Shown in pieces: positions 40,378-48,070 of a stretch of DNA of 64,000 nt (within the stretch, counting starts at the first letter, position 1; each line of letters starts with the position of its first letter). Both the position numbers and the translations under genes were made by a program. Location of the stretch: positions 1 to 64,000 of the IMG/VR virus record IMGVR_UViG_3300033182_000538. One strand, written 5' to 3'. This DNA is from a virus. The notes below the pieces were generated by a model. It was not told the DNA's origin. It saw nothing but the letters and a program-made list of their open reading frames with translations, and did not search any database.

Positions 40378-40439
40378 TACTAAAGTACGAATAATTTTTG
40401 ATACTTCCAAATTTCTAATGTTAAGAAATTGTTAAATCT
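40378..40439 (-). promoter_or_regulatory. ~60-bp early promoter repeat, copy 1
   Basis: Identical to 42564-42625; TTAACA x2 + TTTG + TACTTTAG on the minus strand. Confidence 0.85.
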
Positions 40440-42546
40440 TTACTTCAAACTTTTTGTTCAAAGTCTTAGCGAGTAGAGTCATATTGTTGGTATCAATAAA
40501 CTCAGCATCCTTACCATACATTTTCTTGAACTGGTCGATTCCCCAATCCATACCACTATCAGAGACAAAGTAAGACAACACTTTGACGCCTGATTGTTTC
40601 ATCTTCTTAACTTGAGCAGCCGTATGTTCACAAGCTTGTTGACCACTATATGAGATTTGACTATTGTCGAAACCTGGCCACCCATCTGAGAAGTTGATGA
40701 GGTAAGTATCAGTACCATTCTTAGTTTTGGTAATCTCCTTCATCACAGCCTCATAACACAATCCTTCAGGAGTAGTACCATCGAAAGTGATGTACTTGAA
40801 CAATTGTTGAATCTTAGCAAACTTATCTTTTCGAGAATCATAAGCCACCAACATCAATGGTTGACAATTACTCCAATTACCAGCCGAGTAGTAGACACCT
40901 CGATAAGAAATCACAACATCAATGTTTTGAGTCATCGAAGCCGCCTTAGCGATAGCGACAGCAGCCGTTTGAGTGTTGTTCCATTTCTTACCACTCATTG
41001 AAGAACTGGCATCAATTGAAATGTGGAGGAGAACTGGAGTAGACTTGTTGACCAAGGTTTGTTCGAAGATGTTGAAGTTACCAAACCCAATCTCGTGAAT
41101 CATACTGCCGGTCAACTTACCACTCTTCATTCGTGGAGTTGTTAGAACTCGTTCCTCGTTTCGAGTCTTGAGTTTCTTACCAAGAAGAGTTCCCAACTGA
41201 ATACCTTTCTTGATATATTCGTTAGCTTTGTCAACTCTCCACTCGTGAGTACACAACATACCAACCAAGCCAGAGTTAATCAGACCTTTGTTCAAATTAT
41301 TGATTACATATGTCTGAACACCTTTTGAACCAAGAGACCAACTCGATTGACCAAAACCCTTACCAGTTACTTCAGACTTGATATCAGCTTTGTCAAGTTG
41401 GTCAATCTTATTTTTGTCAGCCTTAGAAAGTTTCTTCTTCTTAATCTCACCATCCATAAACTCTTCTTGTTTCTTGATAGCGTTATCCAACATTTTCTTT
41501 TGTCGGTCTGACAATGGTTGATACTGACCACCAGCCCCATTAGGATTACTCATCCCACTTGGAACACCACCTTTGTCGGTAGTTTCTTCAGACTCTTGAC
41601 CACCCTCAGCGTCACTCTTAGAAGTATCTCCACTACCTTGAGAAGACATACCACCACCACTTTGTTGGTCGTTAGTGTCACCAGTCATCGGTGAGTTACC
41701 ATTTTGGTTACCACCTTCTTGTTGGTCACTCTCATTGTCTGAAGATGATTTACCATTTTGAGAAGATGATATTTCAAGATTCTTTTCAACAACCATCAAA
41801 ATCTGACCAGCCACATCAAGTGCATCCCAAGATGATTTTAGTCGTGAAATGTTACCAAGGTCAAGAATCTTCCAAATCTCACGAAGACCTTTCAAAGCGT
41901 TGAGGTCACGATTCTTATTGGTCAAGTTGATGATGCGGAACATATAAGAGTCCCAATCCTCAGTACGATACTCAGAAGACTGAAGACCTTTGTCGATTAA
42001 CTTAGAGTGGAAGTACTTATCGTACATCGACTCGTAGTAACCACGATAGCCAGGAGCCGAAGCGTAAATGTGGTTATCAATTCTTCGGTCTTCAACATAG
42101 TTAAATAGTGACTTCAACTTATCAGAAATAATAAGCGGAAGTTCATTGTACAAACATTGATATCGTTGAGTCATCCAATCCGTATCAATAGTAGATGGGA
42201 TGAATCCGTGTTTCATTTTTGTTAAGGTTTCAAAATCGGTCAATGCGATGTGAGACCCCTCGTGGAGAGCCAGACCAACAACAGGGTCAAACTCTTTATC
42301 ATCCAACTTAGCCGAGATAACCACTTGGTTACCATCGGTATAAGAATCATCACCACGACCATCAAAGGTCACAGGAATACTCTTACCAGTTACGATAGAA
42401 ACGAAGTTACCGATGCTTCTCTTATAAGACATCAACTTCATTAGGTCATTTGACTTTTTCTCGACAATTGTCAAGTCATCGTTTTCCTCATCCCAAATGG
42501 ATTTGTCAAGCCAGAACGATGAATAGGACATTGATTTTTTACTCAT
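40432..42546 (-). CDS. vWA-domain partner of the AAA+ ATPase with N-terminal HExxH domain (CobT-like)
   Basis: HEGSH, NYVEDRRID, low-complexity linker, MIDAS DASSSM, TPE, SDG. Confidence 0.85.
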   Translation of the reverse strand: MSKKSMSYSSFWLDKSIWDEENDDLTIVEKKSNDLMKLMSYKRSIGNFVSIVTGKSIPVTFDGRGDDSYTDGNQVVISAKLDDKEFDPVVGLALHEGSHIALTDFETLTKMKHGFIPSTIDTDWMTQRYQCLYNELPLIISDKLKSLFNYVEDRRIDNHIYASAPGYRGYYESMYDKYFHSKLIDKGLQSSEYRTEDWDSYMFRIINLTNKNRDLNALKGLREIWKILDLGNISRLKSSWDALDVAGQILMVVEKNLEISSSQNGKSSSDNESDQQEGGNQNGNSPMTGDTNDQQSGGGMSSQGSGDTSKSDAEGGQESEETTDKGGVPSGMSNPNGAGGQYQPLSDRQKKMLDNAIKKQEEFMDGEIKKKKLSKADKNKIDQLDKADIKSEVTGKGFGQSSWSLGSKGVQTYVINNLNKGLINSGLVGMLCTHEWRVDKANEYIKKGIQLGTLLGKKLKTRNEERVLTTPRMKSGKLTGSMIHEIGFGNFNIFEQTLVNKSTPVLLHISIDASSSMSGKKWNNTQTAAVAIAKAASMTQNIDVVISYRGVYYSAGNWSNCQPLMLVAYDSRKDKFAKIQQLFKYITFDGTTPEGLCYEAVMKEITKTKNGTDTYLINFSDGWPGFDNSQISYSGQQACEHTAAQVKKMKQSGVKVLSYFVSDSGMDWGIDQFKKMYGKDAEFIDTNNMTLLAKTLNKKFEVKI

Positions 42547-42563
42547 ATCTCTTAATCTTACAC

Positions 42564-42625
42564 TACTAAAGTACGAATAATTTTTGATACTTCCAAATTT
42601 CTAATGTTAAGAAATTGTTAAATCT
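42564..42625 (-). promoter_or_regulatory. ~60-bp early promoter repeat, copy 2
   Basis: Direct repeat seen in sequence. Confidence 0.85.
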
Positions 42626-42774
42626 TTTTTGTGTTTCTCTTTACGAGAATACGTTTTCTTGCTTTTGTGAGTCTTCGCAGTAGTCTTCTTACCAATATGA
42701 TGTGCTGCTTCACCACGAGTCCACTGCCCGTTGAAGTCAAGTTTTTCTTGGTATGTCTTTTTCTTCTTTCCCAT
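42607..42774 (-). CDS. 55-aa basic peptide with ArfA-like KKxYxRKxKH motif
   Basis: Manual translation MGKKKKTYQEKLDFNGQWTRGEAAHHIGKKTTAKTHKSKKTYSRKEKHKKDLTIS; own promoter at 42785-42854. Confidence 0.7.
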   Translation of the reverse strand: MGKKKKTYQEKLDFNGQWTRGEAAHHIGKKTTAKTHKSKKTYSRKEKHKKDLTIS

Positions 42775-42849
42775 CACAAATACATACTAATGTAATGAAA
42801 AAAGCTTAGACTGCCAAATTCTAAATGTTAAAAAAATGTTAAAAAAATG

Positions 42850-43161
42850 TTAAAGTTTTCCTTCGGAGCGAAGTTGATTTCGAATCTTAGTAGCGGATAT
42901 TTCCTTAATTTCTTGCGGAGGAACGTGTTCGTTTATATGATAACCAACACCTCTACCATAATTTACTGATTCAATGTCTGGTATAATCATTAACTTTATT
43001 CTACCTTCCTTAGAGTAGTCAGTATTATTAAATATACTTCTCATCTCATCACCATCAATGTGTTGTACAACTCGGTGATTGTTGTACTCTAAGTGTTCTT
43101 TCAATGCTCTTGCCAACGTAGTCTTTCCAGCACCAGGTTGACCATAAAACCAATATATCAT
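42850..43161 (-). pseudogene. Chimeric remnant: APS-kinase N-terminus joined to a nucleotidyltransferase C-terminus
   Basis: WFYGQPGAGKTT...IDGDEMR...DYSKEGR switches abruptly to IPDIESVNYGRGVGY...ISATKIR; only about 103 aa. Confidence 0.7.
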
Positions 43162-43163
43162 AA

Positions 43164-43451
43164 TTAAAATGGTGGTTCTAATAACCACTCCTTAATGTCT
43201 TCCTTTACAGATTTATCTTTTTGAAACTCCCAAGCTACATCCCATTCTTGGCGTAGATACTTTCTATGATGTTCTAACAATTCATCACCACGTTCAAGGT
43301 AAGATACAATACCTTTTATTACAGCGTATATTTTTGTTTTACGAGATTCTTCGTGAGTTGAATTATCAATAAGTTGATACATCACCAATACGATTTCCGC
43401 TGGTGATTTCTTGTTCCATAATTCTTTAACACGTTTAGCTTTAGTTGTCAT
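43164..43451 (-). CDS. Hypothetical protein
   Basis: ORF. Confidence 0.65.
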   Translation of the reverse strand: MTTKAKRVKELWNKKSPAEIVLVMYQLIDNSTHEESRKTKIYAVIKGIVSYLERGDELLEHHRKYLRQEWDVAWEFQKDKSVKEDIKEWLLEPPF

Positions 43452-44073
43452 TTAACCACGAATCTAATTCATCTATTTGTATTAACCCAAGGTCTTCTTC
43501 ACGATTAGCATCCATAATATTAAACTCATAAAATGGATTATGATTCTCTACAAGTTTAGTATCGAGAGATTCATTTTGTTTAACGATACCAATACCCCAA
43601 TCAGTATCAACAACACACACTCTTAAATCAGTCCTTCGTGTTCTTAGATTGTATATCGCTTTCCAAACAGTACCATTCCAAGGTTCGTAATGACCATTTA
43701 CCAGATAATCCTCTCGTGCCATATGACTTGTTGGTGGATTACAATCGTGTAATAGAATATAACCATTTGGATTTAAAAACTTCAAGGAATTCTCAATGTC
43801 CTTTTTTACTTGATACGATTTATGTAATCCATCAATAAAAACTACATCATACGTTCTGTTAGGGTCATTCTTTTCTAACCATACAAAGAACTCATCAGAA
43901 GTCATTTTGTATTCAACAGGATTCTCTTCAAACTCCACACCGGGGTCTACACCGTGTTTAATTTCACAATCTACTAAATCAAAACAATGTCGTGGGTCAC
44001 ACACTCCGATTTCAAGGTAACGTGTAAACTCGTTCTCACTAATTATCTTATTGATGATGTCGTATCTAAACAT
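43441..44073 (-). CDS. Class I SAM-dependent methyltransferase (Methyltransf_24-like)
   Basis: YLEIGV, GVDP, TSDEFF, DVVFIDGLH, LHDCNP, DWGIG; start set at MFRYD to avoid the tRNA. Confidence 0.85.
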   Translation of the reverse strand: MFRYDIINKIISENEFTRYLEIGVCDPRHCFDLVDCEIKHGVDPGVEFEENPVEYKMTSDEFFVWLEKNDPNRTYDVVFIDGLHKSYQVKKDIENSLKFLNPNGYILLHDCNPPTSHMAREDYLVNGHYEPWNGTVWKAIYNLRTRRTDLRVCVVDTDWGIGIVKQNESLDTKLVENHNPFYEFNIMDANREEDLGLIQIDELDSWLNDN

Positions 44074-44088
44074 ACTTTTGGACTTTTG

Positions 44089-44161
44089 AGCGAAAGACCG
44101 GGTTCGAACCGGCGACCCTAACCTTGGCAAGGTTATGCTCTACCAACTGAGCTACTTTCGC
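44089..44161 (-). tRNA. tRNA-Gly(GCC), canonical
   Basis: GCGAAAGTAGCTCAGTTGGTAGAGC...CTTGCCAAG...GGTTCGAACCC...CTTTCGC-T. Confidence 0.96.
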
Positions 44162-44166
44162 AAAAT

Positions 44167-44244
44167 GAGGATAGACATTTGCAACTATCTACCCTCGTAA
44201 AAGACTTACCCTGGTACGCTAATCTAACGAAAAGCGTGGTAAGT
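44167..44244 (-). ncRNA. Unidentified two-hairpin RNA between tRNA genes
   Basis: ACTTACC-ACGCT/AGCGT-GGTAAGT and an 11-bp GAGGGTAGATA/TGTCTATCCTC stem with G-U pairs on the minus strand. Confidence 0.5.
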
Positions 44245-44251
44245 ACTGTTG

Positions 44252-44323
44252 AGCGGAGAGGTGGCTCTGCCCCACCATCTTCGTACTGGAAGTACAACGA
44301 GTTTCTCTTAACTCCTCCCCCGC
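44252..44323 (-). tRNA. Non-canonical tRNA-Gly(TCC)-like RNA, copy B
   Basis: GCGGGGG-AG-GAGT-TAAGAGAA-ACTC-G-TTGTA-CTTCCAG-TACGA-AGAT-GGTGG-GGCAGAG-CCACC-TCTCCGC-T. Confidence 0.85.
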
Positions 44324-44329
44324 ATTGTT

Positions 44330-44415
44330 AGGTAGTAATAGCCGGTAACCCATACTTTAGGCAAGGCCTTTAGCAATCGATGTAACGGCTTTATCCACAC
44401 CTTTAATTACTACCT
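44330..44415 (-). ncRNA. Unidentified ~86-nt rod-like RNA between the two atypical tRNAs
   Basis: 10-bp terminal stem AGGTAGTAAT/ATTACTACCT, AGCCG/CGGCT stem, apical TGCT-AA-AGGC-CTT-GCCT-AA-AGTA. Confidence 0.55.
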
Positions 44416-44418
44416 TTG

Positions 44419-44490
44419 AGCGGGAGGTTGGTACTGCCCCAACACCTCCTATCTGGATGATAGGCGACTTTCTTTTAAGTCTTCTCCCGC
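44419..44490 (-). tRNA. Non-canonical tRNA-Gly(TCC)-like RNA, copy A
   Basis: GCGGGAG-AA-GACT-TAAAAGAA-AGTC-G-CCTAT-CATCCAG-ATAGG-AGGT-GTTGG-GGCAGTA-CCAAC-CTCCCGC-T. Confidence 0.85.
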
Positions 44491-44496
44491 ATTTAG

Positions 44497-44581
44497 CAGA
44501 GGAAGAGGGATTCGAACCCCCGGTACCTTTCGGTACGCTGGTTTTCAAGACCAGTCCATTCGACCACTCTGGCATTCCTCT
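44497..44581 (-). tRNA. tRNA-Ser(TGA)
   Basis: Cloverleaf with long variable arm (GTACCGAAAGGTAC), CTGGT-CTTGAAA-ACCAG, G73. Confidence 0.95.
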
Positions 44582-44588
44582 AACTGAA

Positions 44589-44846
44589 TTACCCTTTTAG
44601 TAATTCCTTATCGTTATCATCAAACCCCCCATACTCATCACCAAAGTTATCACGAAGTGTGTGTAGTCTGCCAGTAGCTGATTCTAACTGACCTAACAAC
44701 TTATCAATCTCTTCAGTATGTTGTGGGTGTTCTCCGATTGCCACGGGTGATTCAAAGTATACGGATAGTCTTGCTCTAGCATCCATAATGTCTGCTGTAT
44801 ACTTAGCTTCTAACGCTTGAAATAGTCTTCTCGAAATTTTACTCAT
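44589..44846 (-). CDS. Conserved small phage protein (AIGEHPQ motif)
   Basis: ORF; TATTTATA 21 bp upstream. Confidence 0.75.
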   Translation of the reverse strand: MSKISRRLFQALEAKYTADIMDARARLSVYFESPVAIGEHPQHTEEIDKLLGQLESATGRLHTLRDNFGDEYGGFDDNDKELLKG

Positions 44847-44910
44847 AACTTTACAATTTAGTCTTATATAAATAGTTTATTCAAATTTAATAAACATAGT
44901 ACTTTATTTG

Positions 44911-44982
44911 TACCTCCACCTGGACTCGAACCAGGAATAGAGCTTTAGAAGAGCCCGGTTATATCCCTTTAACTATGGAGGC
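44911..44982 (-). tRNA. tRNA-Arg(TCT)
   Basis: GCCTCCA...GGGCT-CTTCTAA-AGCTC...GGTTCGAGTCC...TGGAGGT-A. Confidence 0.93.
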
Positions 44983-44990
44983 ATACTCGT

Positions 44991-45013
44991 ATATCCAGCT
45001 GAGCTACGGGTTC
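44991..45013 (-). pseudogene. 5' fragment of a deleted tRNA (Arg-like D arm)
   Basis: GAACCCGTAGCTCAGCTGGATA with no anticodon or T arm. Confidence 0.65.
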
Positions 45014-45021
45014 ATATCTTG

Positions 45022-45107
45022 TACCAGAGGCCGGACTCGAACCGGCACGAACATTACTGTTCAAGGGATTTTAAGTCCCTCGTGTCTACCTATTTCACCA
45101 CTCTGGC
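45022..45107 (-). tRNA. tRNA-Leu(TAA)
   Basis: GCCAGAG...AGGGA-CTTAAAA-TCCCT, long variable arm, GGTTCGAGTCC. Confidence 0.95.
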
Positions 45108-45157
45108 ATAACTTAGGATACAAATATACGAAAGAAAAATTTAAGAACCAAACACCT

Positions 45158-45538
45158 TTACCAATTGTTTTCGTATTGGCCATTTGCTTTTACTTCAAAC
45201 CCACCATACTTAGTCCACTCTGGGTTTGGTACACCTACTTGAATCCAAGACTCTTCACCTTTGTTACGAGAATCAAAGAACGCTTCCATATCGTACACCT
45301 CTTCCATACACAACTCGTATACCTCATCTTTACCATATACTTCTATGTTGGTTTCATTATCGTAGAAGTCATAGTTCATATACACATTATCAAATAGGTA
45401 TTGTGCCAACTCCTCATCCGAGTTACCCTCGTATGGTGGTTCACACTTACGAAGTGCCTCTACATTAACCTCAATCGGTTCACTTGCTGCTGAGATTGTC
45501 CAAGTCTCTACTTTACGGACATACACCTTTTCAGACAT
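45158..45538 (-). CDS. Acidic hypothetical protein
   Basis: ORF. Confidence 0.65.
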   Translation of the reverse strand: MSEKVYVRKVETWTISAASEPIEVNVEALRKCEPPYEGNSDEELAQYLFDNVYMNYDFYDNETNIEVYGKDEVYELCMEEVYDMEAFFDSRNKGEESWIQVGVPNPEWTKYGGFEVKANGQYENNW

Positions 45539-45541
45539 ATC

Positions 45542-45859
45542 TTAGTACTTATTTAATTGTTGTTTTATTTTTACTTCAAGGTCAGAATCAGTTATGTATG
45601 GTAAGACCTCATTTAATAAATTCTGAATAGACTCTTTACTCTTTCGTTTTGCGTGTATACGATTTTCCTTCTCAACCATATACAACTTAAAAGCAATCTC
45701 ATCAGTATCTCTTAGTTTGTTTTCATACTTTGAAATACGACTATCTACAATACGATTACTCGTTGAGGTGTTATGTGGTACATAACCTTTGTAAAGTTCA
45801 TCCAATCTACCTTTAAGGTATTGGATTTCCATCAACTTATTGATTTCATTATCAGTCAT
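45542..45859 (-). CDS. Hypothetical protein
   Basis: ORF (YLKGRLDEL). Confidence 0.65.
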   Translation of the reverse strand: MTDNEINKLMEIQYLKGRLDELYKGYVPHNTSTSNRIVDSRISKYENKLRDTDEIAFKLYMVEKENRIHAKRKSKESIQNLLNEVLPYITDSDLEVKIKQQLNKY

Positions 45860-46598
45860 TGGTTGGTTGTGTTAATGAGTTATTAAACATTTCAGTTCTT
45901 AATTGTTCTACTACTTGTTTATTTAATGAGAAAGCATTTATGTCTTTCACGAATATGTTATTTAATTCCTCTCTTGGTGTCCAACTATATAGCGCGGGCA
46001 GAAACTCATCGACAGGAAACAACATCTTTTTATAAACAGGTAAATGGTTTTCTATAATTTTTTTGATACCACTCTTACTCAACATATATCCGTGAGTTTG
46101 ATACGAGTAGCCAGGAATACATAAGTTATCATTTAATGGTTTATCAACCACTCCTCGGAAACCATCTTGAATCAATCTACCAAGATATAACAAATCGTAG
46201 TTTAGTGTTTGTGCTTCTTTTACGATATCCCAATCCATATCATTTACTTTGGTGATATCATCCTCATAAATCAAAATGTTTTCGTATCCATTTTTATATG
46301 CGTCTTCCCATATACCAATATGAGATAAAGCACATCCAACTTCACCAACAGTTACATCTCTATGCCAGAATCGGTTTTCATCATCTGATAGTTTAACTAC
46401 ATTGGTGTCAAGATTCCAATCCTTATAAATCTTATAACCATTCTCAGGCAGATAACTATCTTCTAAAAGATATCCATTAACACCAACAAACTCGTATGGA
46501 ATTTCGTGTGGTAGTCCGACACGGTTTACCTCTTCCAAAACTCGATTGATGTTCTCTTGAGTTAAATCGATTGATACAATATATAACTTATCTATCAT
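45852..46598 (-). CDS. Glycosyltransferase family 25
   Basis: GVNG, GEVGCALSH..IW, ILIYEDD, DLLYLG, THGYMLS, PVDEF. Confidence 0.88.
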   Translation of the reverse strand: MIDKLYIVSIDLTQENINRVLEEVNRVGLPHEIPYEFVGVNGYLLEDSYLPENGYKIYKDWNLDTNVVKLSDDENRFWHRDVTVGEVGCALSHIGIWEDAYKNGYENILIYEDDITKVNDMDWDIVKEAQTLNYDLLYLGRLIQDGFRGVVDKPLNDNLCIPGYSYQTHGYMLSKSGIKKIIENHLPVYKKMLFPVDEFLPALYSWTPREELNNIFVKDINAFSLNKQVVEQLRTEMFNNSLTQPTND

Positions 46599-46753
46599 AC
46601 TTTAATACTCCGTAAATATTTAAAAAACTTTTTAACGACAATTGTTTAATCTTAGAAAACTTCTTAGCAGCACCCAAACGACTTACAGCGTAAGTTTTAC
46701 TGATAGGTTCTTCAGTACTATCATTTTTTGAATAAAAGAAGAATTGTCTCATA

Positions 46754-47083
46754 TTAGTTTTTACGTTTTAGTTCAGTAATTAAATCAACAACGAAGTCAC
46801 CTGCGTATACTTTACCAGCAATATTCCAAGTAGACAACATTGTAGTGGTATATGTCTCATCATATGTTTTCCAATCATACAAAGTGAACACAGCGTTATC
46901 AGACTTTCTAATAAACACCCATTCTTTTTGTATTTTGTTGTCACCACTTGGTGTATCAAATGTAGGATTGCCAAAAGCGGCTACAAGTTGTTTGTAGTTC
47001 CAACCCACCAACCTATCTTTTAGAGATGTTCCTCCAATGTGTTTTAGGGCTTCTTCCTTATTAACTAGCTTTTTATATTTCAT
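46754..47083 (-). CDS. Conserved phage hypothetical protein
   Basis: LVAAFGNP...EW...FTLYDWK...WNIAG. Confidence 0.7.
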   Translation of the reverse strand: MKYKKLVNKEEALKHIGGTSLKDRLVGWNYKQLVAAFGNPTFDTPSGDNKIQKEWVFIRKSDNAVFTLYDWKTYDETYTTTMLSTWNIAGKVYAGDFVVDLITELKRKN

Positions 47084-47160
47084 AATTCTTAATTTACGAT
47101 ATCAATATACGAAAAATATTTGAGATATCAAAATTATTTTTGTTAAATTATCCAGCATTC

Positions 47161-47535
47161 TCATTTGTTCTTAAAGTACTTGATTAGGATATGACCCATT
47201 TTATAGTTTGTAGCAAGTGGTACATCGTGTACATCACACAATCTCATTAACATAGATACATCCACTTCGTGTGGGTGTTTCCCAAGTGGGTCTCTAAAGA
47301 ATACTACTCCATCAATCTTTCCACGAGTTACCATAGCAGCAATCTCAGCATCTCCACCAAGAGGGCCGGAGTGTACTTGTTCAACCTTGTCAACGCCAGC
47401 GTGTTTGATTCGTTCACCAGTAGTACCAGTTGTTACAATCTCTACATCTTCTCTATTAAAAAATTCCAATCGTTTCATAACGAAAGCAACCATATCTGCT
47501 TTCTTACCATCGTGTGCGATTAATGCTAACTTCAT
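47161..47535 (-). CDS. mgsA: Methylglyoxal synthase
   Basis: ALIAHDGKK, TGTTG, SGPLGGD, FFRDPL, HPHEVD, LMRLCDVH, LATN. Confidence 0.95.
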   Translation of the reverse strand: MKLALIAHDGKKADMVAFVMKRLEFFNREDVEIVTTGTTGERIKHAGVDKVEQVHSGPLGGDAEIAAMVTRGKIDGVVFFRDPLGKHPHEVDVSMLMRLCDVHDVPLATNYKMGHILIKYFKNK

Positions 47536-47665
47536 ATACTAAAACTTATTCCTCGGTTTAACCATCCAATAATTAATTCTAAATCACCATTCAAGGCTCT
47601 ATCGTGAGTGATTTTAACAAATGGGATAATATAAATTTGGTCACATACTTTAAATGTATTTATAC

Positions 47666-48070
47666 TCATATTGTTTCTGATATTAATTTTTTAAACTTCG
47701 TGGTTGACCATCCGTGGTCTCGATTCAAATAATGAATTGGAATATTTAATTCGAAGCCGGTGTATGTCTTACCTTTGTAATCATCCCCCAAGAATCTAAT
47801 ATCAGGCGATGTTGATTTCAACAAATCTAACAAGTCAGTTTCATAGGTATAGGTTTGTACACCATCGATATACTTTATAGATTCTAAGATTTCAATTCTT
47901 TCACCCACACTTAGTATTGGTTTGAGTTTGTGTGGTCTTTCGATAGATGGGTCGGTATGTAGTAGTACGATAAATTGATTACAATAATCTTTACACTCCT
48001 TAAACATCTTTATGTAGCCAGGATGAATCACATCAAAGTTTCCAGCTATAACTCCCTTTTTATACATCAT
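47666..48070 (-). CDS. Cytidylyltransferase-like (TagD/RfaE type)
   Basis: GNFDVIHPGY, KPILS..ER, GDDY, WSTT. Confidence 0.85.
   Translation of the reverse strand: MMYKKGVIAGNFDVIHPGYIKMFKECKDYCNQFIVLLHTDPSIERPHKLKPILSVGERIEILESIKYIDGVQTYTYETDLLDLLKSTSPDIRFLGDDYKGKTYTGFELNIPIHYLNRDHGWSTTKFKKLISETI

Noticed and set aside
44074-44130. N-terminal extension of the methyltransferase ORF
   Set aside because: Overlaps tRNA-Gly(GCC); ATG at 44073 gives a typical start
44391-44399. DnaA-box match TTATCCACA (also at 58093)
   Set aside because: Isolated; lies inside a predicted RNA bulge or a CDS, so likely chance
44357-44575. 72-aa minus-strand ORF (and 44975..45397 on the plus strand)
   Set aside because: Read through tRNA genes; the RNA structure explains the sequence
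44497-44581. tRNA with TGA anticodon as a stop suppressor / genetic-code reassignment
   Set aside because: Anticodon UGA reads UCA (Ser). Long genes are intact in the standard code and TAA, TAG and TGA all end genes.
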